A program made the translations under genes and the position numbers. From positions 10,210-48,717 of the forward strand of contig JAHFUG010000003.1 of assembly GCA_023265195.1 (NCBI GenBank): 38,508 nucleotides of DNA. Reading direction: 5' to 3'. Within the stretch, counting starts at the first letter, position 1; each line of letters starts with the position of its first letter. The notes under the pieces were generated by a model. That model ran no database searches. It had not been told where the DNA came from and saw only the letters and a list, made by a program, of their open reading frames with translations. This DNA comes from Blastocatellia bacterium (lineage in GTDB: Bacteria; Acidobacteriota; Blastocatellia; UBA7656). This document shows, in pieces, positions 17,937 to 26,390 of this stretch.

Positions 17937-18509
17937 TTACTCCTTTTTTGATTTCTTCCCTTTGTCCAGTTTCGGTATGCCGAATGCGCCGCCCAGATTG
18001 ACGAGTCTTTCCAGATCGACCGGGCCAACAATATTGACTATGGTGAACTCCTTTGGTTCGGCGGACAGGACGGCCAAGCCGGTCATCGCGCCGCCTTCGG
18101 TCATAGCGTAAACCTCAACGTTATCGCCCCCCTGTTTGCTGAGCACGCCCACGATCCGCGACCAGCCTGGTCCCTTGAGAAGAGAGCGGACCGCTTCCAC
18201 GTCTTCCTTCGAGTACTCCCCCTCTTTATCGAACTCGAAGCTCTTGACGTAGACGCCCTGTAGTTTTTCGACCAATTCCTTGGCCTTAGCTTCGTCCGAC
18301 GATTTGTCATTAGACAAGAACCGGCCGGCCAGCTTGAGCATCTGGCCGTCAAGCGACACATCCACGACTTCACGAGCCTTGGCGTGAAGGTGTTCCAGAT
18401 TCGGCAACTGTAGCTTCGCCGCCTGGGCAAACGCGTTAGCTTGCGCGGCGATCAAACAAAAGGCCGCAACGGCGGCTGTCCTCAATAGAATTGTCGTGAC
18501 TGATTTCAT
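17937..18509 (-). CDS. Secreted DUF4252-domain protein
   Basis: Signal peptide; VDVSLDGQMLKLA, LQGVYVKSFEF, WSRIVGV, EFTIVNIVGPVDLERL. Confidence 0.8.
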   Translation of the reverse strand: MKSVTTILLRTAAVAAFCLIAAQANAFAQAAKLQLPNLEHLHAKAREVVDVSLDGQMLKLAGRFLSNDKSSDEAKAKELVEKLQGVYVKSFEFDKEGEYSKEDVEAVRSLLKGPGWSRIVGVLSKQGGDNVEVYAMTEGGAMTGLAVLSAEPKEFTIVNIVGPVDLERLVNLGGAFGIPKLDKGKKSKKE

Positions 18510-19072
18510 GATTTCCTCCGTTGTTCTTGCTGGTAATCAAACAAAAGCGCGTTAGCCCCCTCGTCGCTCGACTTCAGGCGCTGAATGACTTCGAGCTTGC
18601 CGGTGACCAGCTTGAGGGCGGCCAGGAGATCTTCGCTCGGGCGATCAACGCGGCTCGCGCGCGGCTTGCGGCGCCGCTCCGCCGGGCGGTTCTGATTGGA
18701 CTCGATTTCGCGCTCCACCGGCTGTGGCGGCGCGCCGATCTCGGAGACTCTTCGCTGGGCGATATTAATTTTTTCGCTCGCCACCCCGAGAGCGAGCATG
18801 AGTTGGTTTTTGGCTGCTTCGGCCTTCGCGGCTTCTTTCGCCCGTTCAATCTGGAGCGCGAAAAGGCCGGAGATCACGCACAGCAGCGCGACGCCTGCCG
18901 CCAATCGAACCAGCGGCGATCTGAAAGGGGACAACAGCGTTCTCCAAAAAATGACGCGCGGTTTCTCATACCGTTGCGTTTCCGGCTCGACCCTGGCCAT
19001 GACTTTTTCGGCGAATCCCGGCGGCGGTTCGGTTCGCTTCAATGCGGATTTCAACTCTTCATCGAGGTTCAT
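18506..19072 (-). CDS. Putative single-pass anti-sigma factor
   Basis: LKSALKRTEPPPGFAEKVMARV N-terminus, one TM, helical C-terminal part; 3 bp after the ECF gene and ATGA overlap with the next gene. Confidence 0.72.
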   Translation of the reverse strand: MNLDEELKSALKRTEPPPGFAEKVMARVEPETQRYEKPRVIFWRTLLSPFRSPLVRLAAGVALLCVISGLFALQIERAKEAAKAEAAKNQLMLALGVASEKINIAQRRVSEIGAPPQPVEREIESNQNRPAERRRKPRASRVDRPSEDLLAALKLVTGKLEVIQRLKSSDEGANALLFDYQQEQRRKS

Positions 19073-19075
19073 GCA

Positions 19076-19630
19076 TTAGCTCCAACTTCTTGCTTCTAGT
19101 CTCGCTACTTTTTCCCGCAGGATCGCGAGCGACCTGCGCAAATGGCTTTTCACGGTGTTGAGCGGCATTCCAATCACCTCGGCGATCTCAGCGGGTTCAA
19201 GGTCTTCCTGATAGCGAAGAATGACAATCATTCGGGCCTTTTCCGGAAGCGCGCCTACCAGGCGCTTAAGCATTCGCTCCACAAACGGATCCTTCGTGAG
19301 ATCCGGGGCTTGAGGCTCGGCGACGTCTTCGAGGCTTATCTGTGGCCTTGCGCTGATCCTTCGGGTGTGGTCAATGCACCGGTGACTGGCGACTTTGCGA
19401 AGCCAGAACCGCAAATGCTCCGGTGATTTGATAGTGGGCAGATTACGATACAGGTGGAAAAAGACGTCTTGGGCGAGGTCTTCCGCCAGGGCGCTGTCTC
19501 CTAAAAAATGATAGGCGATGCTGTAGACCATGCCTTGATGCTCTCGAACGATCGCGGCGAACGCAGCCGGGTCACTCGCCGCTGATTTCAGCAGCCTCTC
19601 ACTGGTCCGGCGCACCGTTGGTTTGCTCAA
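19076..19630 (-). CDS. ECF (sigma70 group 4) RNA polymerase sigma factor
   Basis: Region 2 AEDLAQDVF...WLRKVASHRCIDH; region 4 LPEKARMIVILRY...EIAEVIGMPLNTVKSHLRR; probable TTG start at 19630 after GGAAGGA. Confidence 0.9.
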   Translation of the reverse strand: MSKPTVRRTSERLLKSAASDPAAFAAIVREHQGMVYSIAYHFLGDSALAEDLAQDVFFHLYRNLPTIKSPEHLRFWLRKVASHRCIDHTRRISARPQISLEDVAEPQAPDLTKDPFVERMLKRLVGALPEKARMIVILRYQEDLEPAEIAEVIGMPLNTVKSHLRRSLAILREKVARLEARSWS

Positions 19631-19860
19631 ATTGCGATTCCTTCCGGCCCCACCAGATACTATTACGCTGGGCGCGTTGAATCGAACGCAAAACAACGTT
19701 GCTGTCGCCCTAATCAGCGGCTTATCCGGAATGACAGACTCAGGTCCGTGGCGCTCGAGAGGGGAAGGCGCTGAGGCCATTAGTTCTTCAAGCTCGAGTT
19801 AGCGATCAGTTCTTTGATTGGGTTGCGTTGCTTCGCCTCCGTCACTAGCATTGTCTGCTT

Positions 19861-20724
19861 ATGCCAATAGAACCTCGAGAATCTTACAAAGCTGAATTTG
19901 AATTGCGAAGACGCGACGTGGAGACCGCTTCGGGGAAGGTCTCGATTTCTTATGTGGTCTGCGCGCCGCTCGAGGACGCCGGATTCCTCAACGCATTCAG
20001 CACCCGAGCCGGCGGCGTCAGTCCGTTGCCGTCGGGCTCGCTCAATCTCGCCGAGTTCAATGGTGATACGGCCGAGAACGTCTTGGAGAATCGCCGCTGC
20101 TTCCTGAGCGCAATAAACGCCGAACGAGCGAACCTGATCACCGCCCGCCAGACTCACTCGACGGACCGATACCGCATCGAGTCGCGAACTCAACCGGGCA
20201 ACGTCGGACCAGACTGTGATGCAATGACAACCCGGCTGACCGGTGTGATGCTTGGCATTCAAACAGCGGACTGTTTGCCGATTCTGATTGGCGACACGAA
20301 GACGAAGACGATGGCCGCCGTTCACGCGGGATGGCGCGGGACCGCCGGCCGCATCACCGAGCGGACGGTCGCTGACTTGATCCAAGGGTATGGGGTTGAT
20401 CCGCGGAATTGTATAGCGGCGCTAGGCCCCGCGGCATGCGTCGAATGCTACGAGGTGGGCCAGGACGTCATTGGGCTCTACAAGAAAGAGTTCGGTTACT
20501 GGCGGAACCTCATTGTTAACGTCCAGGAGAACGGCAAAGCGCATTTGGACATCACGTCGGCTAATGTTCAACAACTCGCTTTCTGCGGATTCAGTCCCGA
20601 TCGAATTCATGTCGCGCCGTATTGCACGATGCATCAAAACGATTTGTTCTTTTCGTATCGGCGGGAAAACAGCAGCCGGCCTTTGGGGGTCGGAAGGCTT
20701 CTCTCGGTCATCAGCTTGCGATAA
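19861..20724 (+). CDS. pgeF: Peptidoglycan editing factor PgeF / YfiH family
   Basis: FSTRAGGVS, SLNL, QTHS, TADCLPIL, VHAGWRG, CYEVG and FFSYRRE motifs. Confidence 0.92.
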   Translation: MPIEPRESYKAEFELRRRDVETASGKVSISYVVCAPLEDAGFLNAFSTRAGGVSPLPSGSLNLAEFNGDTAENVLENRRCFLSAINAERANLITARQTHSTDRYRIESRTQPGNVGPDCDAMTTRLTGVMLGIQTADCLPILIGDTKTKTMAAVHAGWRGTAGRITERTVADLIQGYGVDPRNCIAALGPAACVECYEVGQDVIGLYKKEFGYWRNLIVNVQENGKAHLDITSANVQQLAFCGFSPDRIHVAPYCTMHQNDLFFSYRRENSSRPLGVGRLLSVISLR

Positions 20725-20813
20725 GCCCCCGGTCACTGAAGTCGGCCTTCCCGCCGGCCGAGCATCGCCCCTGGTCTTCGAGCGGCATGGCCGTTGTTTC
20801 AAGAAGGTTCTTA

Positions 20814-21011
20814 GGACGCGTAAAAGAAATAGGTTCCCTTTTTCGAGGGAGTTCACCGCAGAGACCGCGGAGAGGGACGCAGAGGCGGCTTATTCTCCGC
20901 GGCTCTCTCCGCGATCTCCGCGACTCCGCGGTGAAGTCCTCACTTCACCGGCGGTACTCGTTTCGTGCCGACGCATAACTCAAAACGGGAAGTTAACTTT
21001 TTTACGCCTCC
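20814..21011. mobile_element. MITE family B, best-preserved copy (198 bp)
   Basis: Imperfect ~33-bp TIRs GGACGCGTAAAAGAAATAGGTTCCCTTTTTCGAG / CTCAAAACGGGAAGTTAACTTTTTTACGCCTCC; TTA on both sides; internal TTCACCGCAGAG...CTCCGCGGTGAA palindrome. Confidence 0.85.
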
Positions 21012-21100
21012 TTAATCAAAAAGAAGGAGAGGCCAAAGAGGACCGCCCGTACATTGTTCTGGAGAAACGAGTGCGGGGTTAGGACTCTGTAGCAAACGCC

Positions 21101-22129
21101 TCAAGATTCCTTCTGGGCGAAATAGCCGCGGCGATGCCTTACGGTTAGATCCTTCTGGTTCTTTATGCGTAGTTGAATCGTTCTGAACGAACCGTCCTTT
21201 GCATCGTTAGCCGGTTGGTACGCAAGAATGTATTGCGATCTGAGATCCTCGTCGATCTTCGCGTAAGCAACGTCCTGGTCTTCCCTGTTGCGAGGGAAGA
21301 ACGCCCTGCCTCCGGTGTCGTCACAAATCTTCTTCAAGACCCCCGAGGCTATATGGAAATGGTAAGGGTCGCCTATGCCGATCGCATAGCAAATGATCTC
21401 GCTGCGCCAGGCGCGCTCGATGGCTTCTTTCATCTTCGTTCGGCTGGAGGTGTCGTCGCCGTCGGTGACCAGTATTATTACGCGGCGGCCGGCCTCGCGC
21501 CTCAACAAATCGGAAGACACCGCATAGATGGCGTCATACATAGCCGTAGAACCTGCTCCACTATCGTTTATAGGAGGCGTGCCCGTAACCGTTCCGACGC
21601 GCGCTCCGGCCGCCGATATCCTAACGCTCTCCAGCGCCCGCTGCAGCTTCTCTAGACTGGAAGTGAGGCCCTGCAGGAGCTCGGCGTCATTCTCGAACGT
21701 CACCACCGCCGCGGTGTCTTTGTCGGGCCTGAGCACTCTTCGGAAGAACTGCTCTCCGGCCAGTATCTCGTCTCGCAGCGTGTATTGCTGGCTGAGCGAT
21801 ATGTCGATCAGCATCGCGATCGTAATTGGAAGATCGGTTTGCCGCTCGAATGAGAACACCTCTTGAGGCTTGTTGTCTTCGAATACCTCGATGTCATTCT
21901 TGGTGAGATCGTTTATGTACCTGTTCTGTTTGTTAGTAACGTTGAATGGCACGGTCACCAGCGAAGTTCCCAGTTTGAGCGACTGCTCTTCTTCGGGTTT
22001 CTTTTCCTGTTCGGTCTTCTGCTGCTGTTTTGGATCTTTTGATTGGCCGCCGCTGGCTGAATAAAGCAAGACCGGAGATAGGAGCGATGCAATGACCAGA
22101 CCGACTTTGATGAACTTCATTTTTGTCAC
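21101..22129 (-). CDS. Secreted VWA-domain protein (Acidobacterial VWFA type)
   Basis: Signal peptide; MIDAS DISLS, TAMYDAI, ILVTDGDD, TGGRAFFP, QYILAY, RHRRGYFA; start GTG 22129 or ATG 22120. Confidence 0.9.
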   Translation of the reverse strand: MTKMKFIKVGLVIASLLSPVLLYSASGGQSKDPKQQQKTEQEKKPEEEQSLKLGTSLVTVPFNVTNKQNRYINDLTKNDIEVFEDNKPQEVFSFERQTDLPITIAMLIDISLSQQYTLRDEILAGEQFFRRVLRPDKDTAAVVTFENDAELLQGLTSSLEKLQRALESVRISAAGARVGTVTGTPPINDSGAGSTAMYDAIYAVSSDLLRREAGRRVIILVTDGDDTSSRTKMKEAIERAWRSEIICYAIGIGDPYHFHIASGVLKKICDDTGGRAFFPRNREDQDVAYAKIDEDLRSQYILAYQPANDAKDGSFRTIQLRIKNQKDLTVRHRRGYFAQKES

Positions 22130-22130
22130 T

Positions 22131-23372
22131 TCATTTCTTTATGTCTTCGAGAGGGGCGTAGTACCCCCGCCGATGAATGACGCGAACGTCAGCACGGTTG
22201 GCGATGTTGACCTCGATACGCCGGAACGCGCCGTCCCTGGCGGTGTTGGAAGGCTCGTATGCAATCAGATACTGGCTTCGCATCTCGTTTTCAATCTGAC
22301 GGAAGCCGCCTAGAAGCTCGTCGGGGTTTCGCGGGAAATAAGCGCGGCCCCCGGTTTCGGAGGACATCTTTCTCAACACATCTTCTCTTACGCCCTCGAA
22401 GCGGAATCGGTCACCGATTCCTATCGAGTAAATCATTACGCCCGAGCGCCATGCCCTGTCTATTGCGTCCTCGAGCTTGCGGTTGCTGGCGTTGTCGACC
22501 CCGTCCGTCAACAAAATGATAGCGCGCCGCGCGTTCGCTTCATCGCCTGACGCGCGAGCCTCGCCTCGCCCCAGAACCTCGTCGACCGTTATATAAACGG
22601 CGTCGTACAGCGCCGTGGCTTGGTTGCGCGGCGAAGTCGAAGCGAACCGCCGCGAGAACTCTATCTGATCCAGCGCGCGATTGACGGTCTCGATGCGAGA
22701 CGTGAGTCCCTGAGCCAGTTCAACGTCTTCTCTGAAGGTCAGTATGGCCGCAAGATCCGAGCTTGCGCGAATGATCGAATGAAGGAAGTATGCGGCGGCC
22801 ATCTTTTCCTGTGGAAACGTGAACTCCTGGCTGCCCGAGAGATCGATCAGAATCGCGATGCGGATAGGGAGATTGACCTCGCGCTTGAAGGTGAACACGG
22901 ACTGCGGGCGGCCGTCTTCGAGCACCTTGACGTCTTCTTGCCGCAGATCCCCTACGATGTGGTTCATGCGGTCGACGGCGCTGAAAACCACGTTCACCAG
23001 ATCGGTCCCAAGACGAACCGCCTGGTCTGACACAGGTATATCGGCGTCCGTTGTTTCTTTGTTCTGGTCTTTTCGGGCATCCTGCGATTTCGTTTGTTGA
23101 GGAGCCGGACGCGTCACCGGCTTTTGTCCGGGCTTCGTGCTTTGGGCGAGGGTAATCGACGCCAAAAGGACGAATGGGATCAAAGCCGCGGCTAAAGCCA
23201 ACTTGGGGAATTGATGATTGATGAACGGGAATTGGGAATTGATGATTGATGATTGATGAACGGGAATTGGGAATTGATGATTGATGATTGATGATTGATG
23301 ATTGATGAACGGGAATTGGGAATTGATGATTGATGAACGGGAATTGGGAATTGATGATTGATGATCTTTCAT
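22131..23372 (-). CDS. Secreted VWA-domain protein with a heptamer array in its N-terminus
   Basis: MIDAS DLSGS, TALYDAV, LLTDGVD, HRRGYYA; GAGGA RBS before ATG 23372; hydrophobic signal core follows the repeat. Start is uncertain. Confidence 0.85.
   Translation of the reverse strand: MKDHQSSIPNSRSSIINSQFPFINHQSSIINHQFPIPVHQSSIINSQFPFINHQFPKLALAAALIPFVLLASITLAQSTKPGQKPVTRPAPQQTKSQDARKDQNKETTDADIPVSDQAVRLGTDLVNVVFSAVDRMNHIVGDLRQEDVKVLEDGRPQSVFTFKREVNLPIRIAILIDLSGSQEFTFPQEKMAAAYFLHSIIRASSDLAAILTFREDVELAQGLTSRIETVNRALDQIEFSRRFASTSPRNQATALYDAVYITVDEVLGRGEARASGDEANARRAIILLTDGVDNASNRKLEDAIDRAWRSGVMIYSIGIGDRFRFEGVREDVLRKMSSETGGRAYFPRNPDELLGGFRQIENEMRSQYLIAYEPSNTARDGAFRRIEVNIANRADVRVIHRRGYYAPLEDIKK
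23206..23366. repeat. Tandem heptamer array, 23 units (GGGAATT / GATGATT / GATGAAC)
   Basis: 161 bp parse exactly into 23 seven-base units. Confidence 0.95.
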
Positions 23373-23513
23373 GTCTATTTGTCCTCGCTCTGCTTCATAG
23401 CGCCGTCCCCGCTTCACACCGTTATTCCGGCCAGTGATCAACTTGTTGACGTTCTCATCCAATGAGCTAAAAGCTAAACAGTCTCATTGAAAACTCCGCA
23501 TTCATTGATTCGC

Positions 23514-23610
23514 AATCATCAATCCCCCATTCCCCTCCCCGTTCATCAATCATCAATCTGCAATCATCAATTCCCCCATTCCCCTCCCCGTTCATCAATC
23601 ATCAATTCCC
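23514..23610. repeat. Inverted heptamer array (AATCATC / GTTCATC / AATTCCC-like)
   Basis: Reverse-complement units of the 23206 array, arranged as a two-fold internal duplication directly after the upstream VWA stop codon. Confidence 0.85.
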
Positions 23611-24573
23611 CTAATACGTGTATCCCTGCTTGTGGAAGAGATGTCCGTCAGCGGAAATCAGTTTGACTTTGATCGAGCGTTTTTTGCCGGTCCGATCTTG
23701 ATTATCAGGCCTGTAGTTCAGCACATATTCATGCCGGAGATCGTCAGCGACATAGCTGAAGGACCTGAACAACTCGAGCTTCTGAGAGGGCAGAAACACC
23801 TGACCTCCGGTCTCCTCGCACAAGCGGCGAAGATCTCGATCATCGGAGCCCTCGACGTTGCCGCTGGTAATGCCTGATATGTTTTTGGTGCTGATCCCGA
23901 ACACCGTCACATCGTACCGCTGAGCGATCTCGATGGCTTCCTTCAGCGAGCGCTCGCTGGCGGTGTCTTCTCCGTCGGAGATGATCAGAACTATGGCTCG
24001 CGCGTCGGAGCCCGCCAGACTGGCCATCTTTTCCTCGATGATGCGGTGGACGGCGTCGTACATTCGAGTGTAGCCGCCCGCCTTCACTTTCTTGATGCCT
24101 TTGATCAGCAATTCTTGCGAGTCAGTGAAGTCTTGATGCATCTCGACGTTAGAATCGAAGGTCGCGAACAATACGAGATCTCTGCGCCGGTAGTTAGTCA
24201 CGGTCGATACGAAGTCTTCCGCGGCGTCCTTCTCGAAAGGAAGTTTGAGCTTGACGCTTTCGCTGGAGTCCATCAATAGCGCGACTCTGAGTGGAAGCTG
24301 GCTCGGCGACTGAAACGAGTCTATTACTTGCTTCTTGTTGTCCTCGTAGACCTCGAAGTTCCGCTGGATAAGGCCGGGAACGAACTTATTCTTCTGTTTG
24401 ACTGATATTGGAAGGCGCACTGAAAGGATGCCGATGCGCTGAGCCTTGTCGTCCTGGCCGGATTTGGTTTTTGTCTGATCCGGCTTGGATTCGGGCTTTT
24501 GCGCGATCACGGCTCCGCAGGCGAGCATCAGACAAATAGTAGCTGAGTTTATCAGTCGGGTTGAGCGTCGCAT
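23611..24573 (-). CDS. Secreted VWA-domain protein (Acidobacterial VWFA type)
   Basis: Signal peptide from ATG 24573; MIDAS DSSES, TRMYDAV, ISDGED, TGGQVF, HKQGY. Confidence 0.88.
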   Translation of the reverse strand: MRRSTRLINSATICLMLACGAVIAQKPESKPDQTKTKSGQDDKAQRIGILSVRLPISVKQKNKFVPGLIQRNFEVYEDNKKQVIDSFQSPSQLPLRVALLMDSSESVKLKLPFEKDAAEDFVSTVTNYRRRDLVLFATFDSNVEMHQDFTDSQELLIKGIKKVKAGGYTRMYDAVHRIIEEKMASLAGSDARAIVLIISDGEDTASERSLKEAIEIAQRYDVTVFGISTKNISGITSGNVEGSDDRDLRRLCEETGGQVFLPSQKLELFRSFSYVADDLRHEYVLNYRPDNQDRTGKKRSIKVKLISADGHLFHKQGYTY

Positions 24574-24699
24574 TGGTGTTCGGAAGCCCTCCGGTGCAGT
24601 CGCTAAGATGTCACTGATGTTGGAGCGCGATGCTCTAGACGAAAAAAAAGTATAGAGGCGCGTTTGAAGGGGTGTCAATCAGAGCGCCGCAGTTCCCGG

Positions 24700-25097
24700 C
24701 GACGGATATGAATTGGCCGCGGATCCTATCCTTGATGCAGTATGCGGTCGAAGCGCTCAAAGTCGGAAACATCATCGTCCGCGGCCAATACGGATGCGGT
24801 GGAGTCCAGGGTGCGATCGCGACGAGCGGGTTAGGATTGATTGACAACTGGCTGCGGCGTGCAAGACGTGATGCAGAAACATACATCCGTACTCTATGGA
24901 ATTACAGGGGAGTCGCAGAGGGTGCGAGCGTCTGTGAGGTGAATGTCATCGAGCAGGTCGTGAATGTGTGTCATATGACTGGGGTGCGGGAGGCGTGGCG
25001 GAGGGGAGAAGAATCGAGAGTCGATGGATTGACTTATGGGTTGGAGGATGGACTATTGCCCGTTTTGGGAATATGCGTGACCGTCAGGAGTAGATGA
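24700..25097 (+). pseudogene. can: Beta-class carbonic anhydrase remnant
   Basis: QYAVEALKVGNIIVRGQYGCGGV...GLIDNWL...CEVNVIEQVVNVC...AW; the Zn-ligand His of GHxxCGG is Gln and the N-terminal CxDxR half is absent. Confidence 0.8.
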
Positions 25098-25467
25098 CGG
25101 CCGGTTATGAAAGGGCCATTGAGGAATGATGCAGAGAAGTAGGCGCTTAGCGGAGACTGGCTTGATCGAGCGTTCCCGATGTAATTACGCAACGCCCGGG
25201 TCAACGGGACTTACGGTGTCTTTCAGTGATTCACAAGTGATGGGCTGAAATAGGAATGACTGATGCAGGTCGAAATCCTGCATCTCAGTTCCAACGGCCG
25301 CGGATTGACGTGATCGGTTCGCTATGATTGGATCGAAGGGAAGTGGCCCAAGGTGTGGCAATTTCCCTGAGGGGCCGTTTAGCGTGGAATCGCCCCCGCC
25401 ACACGGAAGTGACTATACACGAGTGCTTTGCTGAAGTAACCTGTGGCGATGAAGATAGTTACGGACC

Positions 25468-25743
25468 CTAGTCGTTGCCTACGACCTTGCGCCGAGCCGG
25501 CCTATACTTCTCCTGCAGCGCTTCCTTGAAGCTATCCAGCGTGCTGCGTCTGGACCGGTTCGCGGTTGATTCAATCTCTAGGAACTGTATGGCGACCCGA
25601 GCTATTACCTGCGCGACCGTTATATACTCGCTCTTGGCTATCTGCTCGTACTGAGTGTAGACATCGTTGGGCAGGAGTATTCCGACTTTCTTCGATCCTT
25701 TTGCCTCGGCAACCTTCTCTATTCTTTCCCTGTTCTTGATCAT
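25468..25743 (-). CDS. Small putative ribbon-helix-helix DNA-binding protein
   Basis: GGAAGGAGG RBS; KKVGILLPNDVYTQYEQIAKSEYITVAQVIARVAIQFL fits a strand-helix-helix pattern. Confidence 0.6.
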   Translation of the reverse strand: MIKNRERIEKVAEAKGSKKVGILLPNDVYTQYEQIAKSEYITVAQVIARVAIQFLEIESTANRSRRSTLDSFKEALQEKYRPARRKVVGND

Positions 25744-25829
25744 AACCCTCCTTCCACTACCCTGTTCTTATAGCACAGAGTAGGAAGCTGCTCAACGCCT
25801 TTGTTCGGAATAGCCTACTATTATTCCCC

Positions 25830-25862
25830 TTGACATTGCGGGAACCAATAGTAATATTACTA
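25830..25862 (+). promoter_or_regulatory. Promoter with overlapping 14-bp palindrome
   Basis: TTGACA (25830-25835), 16-bp spacer, TAATAT; perfect palindrome TAGTAATATTACTA (25849-25862). Confidence 0.5.
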
Positions 25863-25878
25863 CCAACGTATCCAAATA

Positions 25879-26124
25879 TTGATGTATTGGTCCTATGGGA
25901 GTGAGGTTTTGGGGAGCAAAGGTAACAAATTCTGTCCTGTTTGCGGTGGAACCGGCGTAGTCAACTACTGGAGCGAATATCTTACCCTGGACGACAGGCG
26001 TTGTTGTTCCGACTGTGAGTCGGGACGAGCTCTGGGCGAAAGGATTGGCAGAATCGTTCAGCGGATGACGTCGGAGCAACAGTCGGACGAAATCAAACGT
26101 TATAGCCTGTTCGCGATTCCCTAG
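25879..26124 (+). CDS. Small CxxC-CxxC Zn-finger protein
   Basis: CPVCGGTG (DnaJ-like CxxCxGxG) and CSDCESG; the true start may be the TTG near 25909 after GGGAGTGAGG. Confidence 0.5.
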   Translation: MMYWSYGSEVLGSKGNKFCPVCGGTGVVNYWSEYLTLDDRRCCSDCESGRALGERIGRIVQRMTSEQQSDEIKRYSLFAIP

Positions 26125-26390
26125 GATTGAATCGGATTCAGTGGAGCGGCGAGGCCAGGGCAGATCGCTTCGCGGTAGGTGACGTGTCAACGGCCACCGG
26201 TTGGGAGAGGTTTTCAAGGCTGGCTAGATCGTACTATGTACTCAGTTCTGCTCATCGAAGGCGATGCTATTGTGTGAGCTTTCGGAGGCGTGGGTACAGA
26301 GCATACGGGCGGAGCGGCGGTGGGCCGAGAGCAAGATTCTTGCATCGTGCGACTGGGGTAGCTTTGCCCCGGCGAGCGGTTGAGGCGCCG

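Noticed and set aside
20422-21082. ORFs 20471-21082, 20622-20978 and 20422-20856 (and similarly 30054-30305)
   Set aside because: They are alternative frames of pgeF or read-through of MITE family B; the shared peptide REFTAE...LRGEVLTSPAVL is just the repeat.
25230-25300. tRNA gene
   Set aside because: Only a T-arm-like hairpin is present; no acceptor, D or anticodon arms could be built.
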